Assembly: GCA_010405405.1 (NCBI GenBank)
Contig: MU004240.1
Span: forward strand, 1,436,814-1,500,813
Source of the DNA: Microthyrium microscopicum
Lineage: Eukaryota
Reading direction: 5' to 3'
DNA length: 64,000 nucleotides
Shown: positions 49,580 to 60,971 of the stretch, piece by piece
Position numbering within the stretch: the first letter of the stretch is position 1
Layout: the number at the start of each line of letters is the position of its first letter
The notes under the pieces: generated by a model
Told to the model about the DNA's origin: nothing
Database searches by the model: none
The model's input: only the letters and a program-made list of their open reading frames with translations
Translations under genes and position numbers: made by a program

Positions 49580-52500
49580 AATAACTTGCCGCGTGATACA
49601 CCTTCACAAACGGATGGCGCTTTACAAATCATTGAAGATAAAAAAAGCAAAATAGGAGTAAAGTTGATGTGTGGTACAACCTTCGTGGCTTTGGCACTTT
49701 CTCCTGACTAGACTATCTTAAGCTTGCAAATAGGCGATGGTGGAATATTCTCCGATATCCAGTTCAGCCTAGCTGTCTGTGGCTTGGGTCAGGCGTAACT
49801 TAACCGACAACTGCAAAGCCGTTTGGTAAGACCTTACCGTACAGGGATCATGAGGCCTTTTCGTAGGACAGGTGTGGATACTCTGGGGTACGGACAAAGC
49901 TTGTAGATCAGTTCTATGCAGGCGTTTTCGCAAAATGCCAAAAATCCGGTAAAGGTGTGCTGTTGTTCAAGGGTAGAGGAAAAAGTAAAGATAACGAAGT
50001 GCCATGTGCAAGTGATGGTGGAGATAACCATGCCCCTGTTTCTCTGGGGTTCTCCTGAAATTTGTTCAGAGATTCCTCGTGGCAGCACTTTCGAAACCGC
50101 TTGAAGATTGAAGCGAACATATCAGGCCTTGATGTGACGTTGTTGTACATACGCACAATACACTATCATTACGACGTGTGATTCGGGTAATGGCCGATAT
50201 ATCTTCATGCGGAATTTTAAGATCATATATCAAATGGTCAAATACTAGGCAAATCAGTAATTTCAATTGACATTTAAAAGGCTTTCTCTGTATTCTATGT
50301 TGTCCAGTGGTTCTGAAGAACTTTGGACAGAGTTTGATATCGTGACATCAATTTTCTTTATCCTTTAGTCTTCAGCGGTAGATGATTGATAGTAGCTTCT
50401 CACTTCACTTAACCAAAAGCAATGAACTGAAAGAACCTAACAGGTAACAGAGAGCTCAAATGGACGGTAAGATGTTGTATGAGATGCATTAATACGAAAT
50501 AAGTTCATGCCCCGAATTGTGCAAGGTGTAAATTTCAAAACTCAAATCAGCTTCGAATTTTCACTTCCATCAGAGCCTAAAAGCAAGCTGCTTGCATTAT
50601 TAATTACGAGTATTGCCTGGGGCACATTTCAATGGACTACGAATTCAGATGAGCTTGTGAGCTATCAAACAAGAGCCTGATCAAGAGGTTGTCAAGGCCA
50701 TTCCACCAGCATCAACGTACAACGGTACAAGTGTACATCAACGTAGCTTGATGTGGTCTCTGAGAACACTGCCAACTATGATAGTCTAGTATTTAGCAAT
50801 TGCATATATAATATACTCAAACTGTGTAACAGGCTAGGAACTTTTTGAAATTCTATAACAAATGATTCAGCGATTTAATAGACGAACGTTCCTATTGTCA
50901 TTGTATGGTGGACATAGATCATGGACTACTCTATCAGAGCATTTCTTAGTCTAGGTCCACGCATGCAACTATCAATTAAAAGTCTATTCAAGTGTTGAAC
51001 ACATAGGACATTAGGGGATGTTACTCTATCATTGCCCTCTTTGGAGTCATACTCGAAGCTGACTTTAAGTTACTTTCTGACTTGTCCTTAATAGCATCTC
51101 CTGAACATGAGCTTTGAAGCGCAGCAATCAGCCATACTATAGAGATACCAGCCATCTCTTGACTCTGGTGGACGAAAGCAAATACGAACGATCGAAAATA
51201 TTGAAACCAAATATGACTTGCTTCTTGTTTTTGTAGGCTTAACATATGAGGTGATAGCGCATCTTGAAATCCGACATGAAGCTGTGAAAGTTGAAAAGAA
51301 TATAAATAGACGACTTACGTTTGGGAATCATGTACCCCGAAAGTCGGAATGAGGTGTGAAAAAGTATTTAAACTTTATTATTTGGTAAAATGCTGTCCAC
51401 ACTCGTGTTCGGTTTTCCGTGTAAACATTCTGATATCGCAGCAAAGCTTATAGACCACCACCATTGTGTCCAAATCTGCCAGAAATTACACTCGTAATCT
51501 TAGCTATGCTGTTGATGTACATTTATTACTCCTTATCGTGTTGAGCGGAATAAAGTTGAAAATGATATGATGCAGTCTCGTAGATGTGTACAAGAGGACG
51601 ATCAGACCTGATAGCTAGAAGCTGAAAAGCTCTTCTTGATGAGATTATGGATTAGAAGAATTGTTGGGGCCATGTCTCTGAGCTTGGTGTCTATTCCCTC
51701 TACTATACTTGTATGTTCATGTGACTTTCAGGACGAAAGGTCACGACAGAGTGTATAGACTTGGGTCTATTTGTATAAAGGAGCATAGGGGTAGACAATG
51801 ATACTGATTGAAGTGAGAAGAAGACTTAAATTGGAGATAGTTGTTAGCCTTCGAAGACGACACGGATGTAGAGAACGGGCTTGTAAGTTCGAAGTAGGTA
51901 CGACTCCGCCTAAAATGTGGGTGGCCTGCGTGATGTAAATGCGTGTCGAATGTCTTCATCACAAGAGGCGCCACACCTACCTAATATACAAGAACTTTCT
52001 TCAGATGCGAGTGAAAACAGACACACATTGACCAAATTGAAGAAAAGGTTCTTAGTGAGTGGAAAAGGCGGAGAGGGCCTTTGTATCGGCAACATATCGC
52101 TCAAGGGACCATTTAGTCCCCGAATCGCCTATCAAACGACTATCAAAGACCCAACTGGTTACTCAAAGAATTACATATCGCTACTCACCGGTATAGCTGC
52201 GTATCTGGTCGTCGTGGCATCTGGAAAGCGCACTAATTGGGACAGGCCACATACCAGGCCGCAAAACCTACCAGGTCGGCCCCAGCTGCTCAACTCTTCC
52301 TGACTTGTATGATCACATCGCCCAACAGCAACTGGTCGCTCCGCACTCGGTTGAAGTCGCTATTGGTGCGGAGGTTTCACTTATGCAATGTTCGCTGGAA
52401 GCATCGCATGATTTGGGGGTAGACCAGGTATCATACGGACACTGCAGGCGTTTATGATCAGATGCAGTTCTAGAATCAGATTGATTCGTCCAACCATGTT

Positions 52501-52740
52501 GAACGTCGGTACATATATGGAGAAAGTCTCTAGGTAACACGATATCACTGAAATACTCCATTCTGATAGGTTTCCTACCAGCAGTGATGAAGAAAGGGCC
52601 CGACTTGTCTTGCGTGATCATGATATTGGCAAAACGCCTCTATTGTGTGTGAAAAGAGAAAATTAGGTAAATATGAAGTGTCCACCAATCCTGTAACTCT
52701 CCCCGTCAACATGAAAACAGCGGAGCAATATCGTTATCCA

Positions 52741-53262
52741 CTATGCCTCAGAGGATCCATGAGACAGCATCTGAGCTCTCATTCTTGTCTCTGCATCCCT
52801 CGCGAGTTTGTGGAGCAACATGAGAGCTGCTACGTCTTTATATCTGTTAGCAAGAACAGCATAATGACTTGAAAGGGGAACTCTACCTGCAGTCAGTACT
52901 CCAGGAGTGGGATTTGTGCGTTCCAAAATTTGAAAACCATTTTCATCGTCTGGCAATGCTATCAACCACGCACAGTACACTTCGGAACGTTCCGGATTAT
53001 CCAGAGTCACCACCGTCATTATCAGTCTAAATCGCTCTGGCTCATAGTTCGGCCACAGGATAGTGGCGTTGTCTATTTGAATGTTAGAAGTCAGGGCCGT
53101 GAAATGGTCCAGCGTCCTAAAGTGAAACGAGAGAATCTTACCTATTATTTGCTGTCTCGCACCGGGCAGATGGAAGGTACCACTGAAGACCCCATCAAGG
53201 TAACGAGATATGCTGGTCGGAAGATACTCGCTTTGGCTCATACTAAACGAAGTCTGATCCAA
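52741..53262 (-). CDS. Possible hypothetical protein; exon structure unresolved
   Basis: 173-codon open frame with protein-like composition (WPNYEPERFRLIMTVVTL...AWLIAL) but no ATG start and no recognisable motif. Splice-like signals are present but I could not join them consistently. Confidence 0.35.
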   Translation of the reverse strand: MDQTSFSMSQSEYLPTSISRYLDGVFSGTFHLPGARQQIIGKILSFHFRTLDHFTALTSNIQIDNATILWPNYEPERFRLIMTVVTLDNPERSEVYCAWLIALPDDENGFQILERTNPTPGVLTAGRVPLSSHYAVLANRYKDVAALMLLHKLARDAETRMRAQMLSHGSSEA

Positions 53263-54396
53263 GTATTAGCGTAGATGCTTACAAATGTCAAGAACAACAA
53301 CCTGGGTATGATGCGCGGCAAACAGATCGCGCCAATCACTTGTGATGACTCTAGAAAATATCAGGTTGTGACGGTTTACCGGAGCTGCAGGATCATATGG
53401 GTAGACACAGATAATGTATGGAGGCTGAGGCATGAAGGATGAAGAAGAGCTTCTGAAGATGTGGCGAGAATCGGAGCAGTTATATGATCATTTCGCATGA
53501 TGGGGGTTCACAGACTACCGGCATATGTGTGCCTCTGAACACGCTACATGACAGCTCTGACATGTCCTATATTCCGACAAGCTGGGAAGGACGGCACATT
53601 GATAGCAGTCGGTGACGAGCCTCAATAAGGGAGGTCTAATGAATACTGAGAAGTGGCATGAACCATGATCGGTGGGTACCTACTGTTGGCGGCGTAGATA
53701 TTGGCTGTGGAATTGCATAAAGTGATCAAAATGAAGGCGCATGCCTAGTGCAGAAGTTCGTGTGTTCTCCCACTCTTCCTACCTTGACGGCAGCGCACAT
53801 AAAAAATTATGTTGCAAGGAACATTAGGTATAAAACCAAAATCATGGTCAAGAGTGGTCAATGCAAATCTGATATCGTGGGGAAATTGGCCAGTTTTTCA
53901 ACATTTGTTCAATAAAATCCGCGATCCTACCATCCTACGGGATGGGATAATGACCAGAGGAGGTCACCAAGCTTCCAATACAGAAGAGATACAGGGTTTT
54001 AACAGAGCGGCGATGTCGACACCGCCACGAATAAAAGATAAAGACGAGATTTGTGCCGCAATTTTCTTGTTTTTGAATTTCGCACAGGATTCTCACAATT
54101 AAGTTGAAGATCTGACTCCTGACTCCCAAGGCTCCCTCAGGAGTCAGCCTGATACTCGCCTCCCTACAGGGGTTTGCAAGCCTGATAGGGGCTCCTGATT
54201 GGCTGGCCCTAACACGCGCCTTTCGCCCGTCAACCTCGTGCTTCGCGACCCTGACAGCGACGTCAACATCTTTTCTGCTCTATCTAAGCGCCAATGCAAG
54301 CCAGTCCGCATGCATATTGAATCATTTGTCTGGCTGTGAAAGCCTCCAAGACCTCGAACTTTATTTATTTACCAGTCATTCTGACGAATCCCTGAG

Positions 54397-55774
54397 ATGC
54401 CACGGTCATCCACTTTTGCTGAGCAGAGACTTCCCTTGCAGCAACATGATTTCTTGTTACCGGTGCTCCCCAGTGCCAATGGGCCTTTTACTTTCTTAAA
54501 TCCAACTAGGCTCGCATTTACTCGAAAGCCTAGTGGTTCTTCTACGGATCAGCCCCAGGTGACCGGGCACTCGGACTATGGGGATCATGACGAACCCGCG
54601 GAGGATGTTGGATTCAAGTGGACATCCCGCAACAACCGAAAAGGCAGACATCAAATTGAATTCACTCCTGCGAAAGATGAAAAGACTGCCAGGTATTCGG
54701 TTCCTCGGCCGACATCCTCGCCTCAAGAAGTATTGAAAAATGCTCTCAAAATGTTCACGGACTATCCTGTGTGGGACATATCGTGGCTCGTGGCTTACAT
54801 CTTCGTATGGGGAAGCATAATTTGGATTATCAATGCATTGTATAATTCCCAGTAGTGCGTTTCGTGTTACAACACCAACTAACTTTATTAGTTTTGTTTG
54901 GCTACCATTACCGCAACCCGGATCAGAATTTCCGAATGAGATTTACGCTGGAGGAGGCATTACTGCTTTCATTGGAGCCACGATTTTTGAAGTAGGCAGC
55001 ATTCTGCTCATACTTGAAGCTGTTAACGAAAATCAAGAGGGATGCTGGGGTTGGGCTGTCGAAGAGCTTTTCGAGGATTCCAAGCCCCATTGGCGCCTCT
55101 CGCCTTCCGACGATGCCTGTACACACCATCATGGCAACCGGCGTAACCTTGTAGGCAAGTATTCAACCAAAGCTTCATCAGCAGGAAATGAGGTCAAAAA
55201 TGGAACAGCGAATGGCGAAGCGGCCGACTCAAAGACCACGACCGGCAAACGGTCTTGGGTTTGGTTTCCCACTTGGAAGGACCTTCGTCAGCATTACTTT
55301 TACGAACTAGGATTTCTCGCATGTTTATGTCAACTTTTTGGCGCATCTATTTTTTGGATCTCTGGATTCACAGCATTGCCAGGCATTTACAACCATCTCA
55401 AAGGCGCTTCCCTCAATGGTGCTTACTGGGCCCCTCAGATAATAGGTGGCTCTGGTTTCATTATTTCTGGTCTTCTATTTATGCTTGAGACGCAAGACAA
55501 ATGGTACAAGCCTGCGTTTGGTGTACTGGGCTGGCATATCGGCTTTTGGAATTGCGTTGGCGGTATAGGCTTCACAATGTGTCCTGCATTCGGACTGGAT
55601 ACAGCATCTTGGGCGGTATATGAGTCTGGACTGGCAACGTTTTGGGGTTCTTGGGCATTTATGATCGCCTCGGTTCTTCAACTTTACGAAAGTTTGCAGA
55701 AGCATCCCGTTGATCTCAAAAGCGATATGAATACGAAGAAAGATGGCCAAATTCACGATACAGAGGCCTCATAA
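54397..55774 (+). CDS. Fungal multi-pass integral membrane protein of unknown function
   Basis: Contains FKWTSRNNRKGRH and YPVWDISWLVAYIFVWGS. Intron 54840-54891 joins INAF/FVWLP. About 6 Gly/Trp-rich hydrophobic helices follow; stop TAA at 55774. Confidence 0.88.
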
Positions 55775-57045
55775 TACATATGGAATTCATCCTTAGCTTC
55801 AGGGGATCTGACACTCCTAATGGTAATGATTTACGAGCTATGCATGCTCTATATACCTAATAAGGAAGCAAGCAAATGTAATATCACGGATATCAGAGGA
55901 ACGAGCTGATGTATTACTATCTTCTTAGAGTAAATGTTAATATTAGTATATATCGCGATGGGATAGTCCTCGCTACATCAATAACGATGTTTCGCAAATC
56001 TCATCTCCCCTACTCCGACATGGAATACCGCCACCACGCTCTGGAGAAATGATGCTCCAACGGTATACGGCGACTGCGCTACTTGATGCTGCAACCCATC
56101 CTTACAATGCCCGGAGCTACTGTCCTTCGAACGCTGCTCAATCAGATCCGCTGAATCCATGAAGAATACCTACCCTACCGCCGGTTTCGAACCCATACTC
56201 TGGGGCAGTTCCATTGCATAGGACCATATATTCACCATACACAGCTCGTACACTGCAGCTCCAAAATATCCAAGTCTGTAGGCGACTCATATGCTTAGAT
56301 TGCTAACCAAACTGCAGAAACTATCGTTTTTGGGCATAAGTACTTCGTCCAAAATTCCAAAGGAAATGCTAGAACTATCATCTCCTGCCATTAAATCAGG
56401 TAACTTTAGAAACAAAAACAAAAAAAAATCCAAAGGAAGAGGTGCGCATTCGAACGTGTGACCTTTGGATTGAGCATTCATCCAAAAAGGGAATCTCACG
56501 ATGTAATAAAAAAAAAAGTGGGCAACAAAAAATACAACTCCCGGCCTATGGCTATGGAAGCTGTAATAAAAGTCTATTACGACTTTTTGGTCAACTGTGT
56601 TGGAGAGGCAGTTATTTACTCCCTACATCATTATCCGTTTGACTTCGATAATGACTGATGTGGTTTGTTTGGTCACTGTGTATAGAGGTCTGCTCCCTTC
56701 ATCATTACCCGTGCCGCGATAATGACTGATCGAACCCTGCATTAGTCATCCACATGTTTGTGGTGTGTAATGCATTGATTGGTCCAGCTGCTGACAAAGA
56801 CGATGAAGAATATGTGCTCAATTATCAGGCTGGACCACCTATTTGTTAGTGAAAGAATATTGCGGTGTTTGAGTATATATAGTGCTTCTCATAAAATAAT
56901 CCTCAATACACTTTCATCTCAGACAATGAAATGGTTTACTAAATTATTGAAATTCAATGCCTACTACTATCTCAAAAAAGCACATCGATATATTTAAAAT
57001 CCAATTAATTATATCTTAAACACGGAAGTAATAGGCCTTCGGCCA

Positions 57046-58302
57046 TCAATCATCATCGTAGTCAATCTCATCTTCAGGGTAGCTTGAATCGACTCCGGTT
57101 TTCACAGGCTCGGCAATAGCTGGTGAAGCAGTCCCGGTGCTCTCTGGGTGTGCTGGTTGCCCAAAAGGAGACTGAGTATGGCTGGGAGTACTTTGTCTGG
57201 AAGCATAACTTCGAGGTTGAGAGTAGGGATGCGACGCAGGCTGTGAATGCGGTGAAATTGCTTGAGCACCATTTACATTGCTCGTAATTGTGGTAGTAGT
57301 TTGTGTCGCTGGGACTACTAGTACTGGCGAATTATGGTCAGAAATTGACGCCTCATCCAGGTTTGAGCCATCAAGGGCATCGAAGTTTGGAGATCCATCG
57401 TCTTCAGGGACTTCTGGAGAAAGTTCCTCGCGAAGCTTCTCCAGTACAATGCCCAAGTGGTTCTGTCCTGAGCCGCTTTGATCTTCATCTGCTGGACCAT
57501 AGCCAGTTCCCCAGAAAGAATCATCTCGATCACACTGGCATGAGTGTTAGTATGTGCAGCTTTCAGTGATAATACCCTTAGTGCCACTTACAAATGCCAG
57601 TGGCCGCCTCGATGTCGCAGTCAGAGCCTCCTTAAGCAGTCCTGATCGTTCACTGTACTTGAATTTGAGCCGATTGGCTTGGAGCATGATATCTAGTGAT
57701 GCTGTAGCAAGTTAGAGTTTGCGTGAATAGTACTCTAGTTCAGTATGTTGTATCTAACCTTGTTCCCATTCGTCCAGCCTTCGATCTTTCTTAATATCAT
57801 CGACGATGGTCTTCATCTTTTTCAATCCATGAATATCATGGAGCAACTGGAGTATCTCTCCCATCTGATCGTGTTCTCCCATGTACTCTGCAAACTTCGC
57901 AGCCATGTACATGTCAACACATGAGTAAGTCCATCCATCCTCTTTGAATGCACTCTTCCATTGTGGGCTCAGAAATCCGCCTATAGGATCGGCAGGCGGC
58001 CAGAATCGAATCTGGGCTGTGTCTTTTTTGTCTCTCGTATCTTTTTCCAAGAGTTTGATGTTTGACTTGAAGGCATCTTCGGGCTTTTCGGATTTGTAGC
58101 TTGCTGGACTATGCCCCAAGTCACGAGGGGGCGGCGTGCATCTGTCAACATTCGCTCCCGCGCCACCCCTTCCTCTTCCCCGTTCGCGAGGTCGTGCTTT
58201 GCTGACCCGTGAGTTCTCTTCGATTCGGTCTCTAATGGACCTTGGCGCATCGCTTCTGTCGTTGTGCCTGCCACCGCCTCGACCGCCTCTTGGTTTGGCC
58301 AT
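57046..58302 (-). CDS. NADAR (YbiA-like) domain protein with RGG-rich N-terminus and disordered C-terminus
   Basis: Introns 57702-57758 and 57535-57591 give GFLSPQWKSAF.EDGWTYSCVDMYMAAKF...IMLQANRLKF...L.AT..RPLAFCDRDDSFWGTG...GQNHLGIVLEKLREEL, which matches the NADAR motif order. Confidence 0.82.
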
Positions 58303-59994
58303 AGTTGTCTTCTTTCAGAAGTTGATCAAAATAATATGGATGAACACCAAAAACCGCATCGAAACCTCTAGGGAGAAGTTTGGTAGCGGATTATGCTAGG
58401 AATGTTTGTAGTAGAATACTTGAGGAATGCAATGTGATCTCCTTGACAACATCATTCCCTTTGTTCGCTTGATCTACGAGCGTCATTGGTCTAGTCAAGA
58501 TCTTTTATTTATTCTAAGTTACATGCAGTCATGGAAGTGCAAAAGTGGTTGATCCATTTTCCTTGATGGACATGGGTATCAGGCTGAGAGCAAGGCTGAG
58601 ATTCTCCATAATAAACTTCGAACACAGCGACTTCAAGCGCAACAATGACGATTTGCATATTCAAGGTTAGACTCCATAGCTTGTGTTATAACAAGCCGGA
58701 AATGGGGCTGCGATCTGTGTCGCAGCGTAGCATTTGACGCTCAGTCTGCCAACTCATTGTGGACGATTCATGCCCACCATGTAGCTGCTTTAATGAGTTA
58801 AAGACAAGCAAACAATTTTGATATACAGATTGCTAAATTGATCCAGGCTATTGGTTGATTGACTGCTGTCAGCAATGAATAATGTCCCTATTTGATTTTG
58901 AACTTCAGCTCTTACTGCAAATTCTCCCAGTCTTGCTTCATTGGGACGCCTTGTCCTCCTTGAATGAGAAGCATCTAACACAGCGATAAGTCATTATTGG
59001 TCCTCAACACGCAAGCAAAGAACTTATGCTTATGTGCTCAATATAGGCAAAAAGGAATTCATGACCAATATTAATAGCAACTTCCAAGATTCTAAGGTCT
59101 TCACACCAATTAGGAATTTAGCGGCTCTCTGCGGAAGTTTATTATTTGATCGACAGTGGCAGTCAAGATCGATCAGCATCAATAATCAGGATTCAAAAAG
59201 AACACGAGAAACACTATCGACTCTAGCCCAGAGCGAGTTAGAGGCAGTAGGTAAGCACCAAAAAGTCAAAGAGATATTTTTAGATATACACGAACTAGTC
59301 CCTTTGAGGGCAATGCAGGGTACTTTGTTACCTTTGCTCCTGTTTCTTTCAGCCTCAACTCCAGCACCGCACTTTCACTGCAACCGCAAGAAGCCATGGC
59401 GTGTATGACCCAAAGCTGCGGGCTCGTAGATTGGATCGTCCCACCACCTGATTGCGGCTTAGCCAATTTCGCTTCAGTTAACTCATTCTGGTAACTGGCT
59501 AAGTCAGGGTATTTCCGACAGCTGGTCAAGTCGCGCCTCCACCGAGTACCTGTGGTGTTGCAGTTGTGGAATGCCATTGTGAGATGTCGCAAGCCGAGGT
59601 CCCATTACTGCTGCGGTACGACTTATGGCAAGATGCGCAGCTGGATGAGCTTGTAAACAAAAAGTACAGGCAATACGATCACACTGAAACCTTCAATTTC
59701 AATTGGGTGTGAATGTATTTTGTCGTGCCTTTTGCGATCGCGCTGTTTTGCAACCTGAATGCATCATACTACATCATGTTCTTCAAGTCCGAAAATAGAA
59801 GCATGCGGTTCTTAGCTTAAACCTTGCAAATGTGCTGGCGAACTTGATCTTGATATTCATATAAAGGTAGGTCAACATCTTGGAATTTTTGTTCATTATT
59901 CAAAACAGCTTCTCCAACAATCAAACGACTCAATACTCCAATCACCATTTCAAGCAATACTCTAAAATTACTTCTTAAAGTAGCCAATATCAAA

Positions 59995-60485
59995 ATGCAA
60001 ATCACCACTCTTCTCATCGCCGCCGCTACCGCCGCTGTCGCCAGCGCACGCATCGATGGCATAGCCGTCCCTCAAACCATCAAACCAGGCGATGGCTTCA
60101 ACGCCCGCATCCTAACAGAAAACTACATCCAATCCGTCTACGATGTTGCAACCGCCTTTGGAGTTGCTCCAGGCTCTGGTTTCGAGGGGTCTCTTGGAAC
60201 AGTCATTGGCAGCTTCTACTTGGGTCCCGGTAAGTGAATATCTCTGCAAGGCTGGAACAAGGCTGACCAATCCTGACAGAACAATCGAATGTGCTTGGTA
60301 ACATCACCAAGTGGGTGACACTGCCCAATAACACACCTGCCGGCAAGGCTGTTATCTCTGCCTCATTCTTCAGCTTGTACGGTGCTGGTGCGGCTCCTAC
60401 TATTGAGACGCATAATGTTACTATCACTGTTGGTGACTCAACTAGCACCACTTATGTCTCTTCTTTTGGTGGTGTTGGATCTTAG
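59995..60485 (+). CDS. NIS1: Small secreted protein, NIS1 (necrosis-inducing secreted protein 1)-like effector
   Basis: Signal peptide MQITTLLIAAATAAVASA followed by RIDGIAVPQTIKPGDGFNARILTENYIQSVYDVATAFG...SLG...SFYLGP/EQSN...SLYGA...NVTITVGDSTS. Intron 60230-60279. Confidence 0.85.
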
Positions 60486-60971
60486 ATGCGGACATTTGGG
60501 CATTGGACATCTTCATTGGCGTGCATGCAAAGCTATTGCTTTGGGTTTTGGGCGTTCTGCTTTGATTTAACTTATTCGGTCCTTAGGTCATTTGGGGGTA
60601 AAGATTCTATTTAGCATCAGCCAGTAATGTAATTCTTATCACTCACTTTAATCAAAGAGCGTTGACGACAAGGCGAGAGAATGAATACTTGTGTGAATGG
60701 GGTAGTGAGAACAGCATATCAAAACATTACATTGAATCTCGACCGCCTAGAAAAGTACTCAAAGTTCGCTAACAACAATTGAGTGTACATGGTAACAGAA
60801 CATACAAAAGGGGTATCTAAATACAAATACAAGCAAAACGCCACTCTAACAAGCTCCGATGAAAGAGAGTGGCCATAATCAAATAGCCAGAGGCACACAG
60901 CCATCGTAGTCCAAAGTAGCGAGACATATCGCAAGTCGTCATTGCCACCGGGAGTGACAGACTGCACTCGC

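Noticed and set aside
49580..52700. Short ORFs right of the transposon nest
   Set aside because: All are under 130 aa, with no motifs and no consistent splice pattern found.
54112..54147. 11-bp inverted repeat CTGACTCCTGA / TCAGGAGTCAG upstream of the membrane protein gene
   Set aside because: Real but short, with no TSD or second copy, so no function can be supported.
56170..56205. GGTTCGAAACC on the minus strand as a tRNA T-loop
   Set aside because: The flanks do not form a T-stem or cloverleaf.
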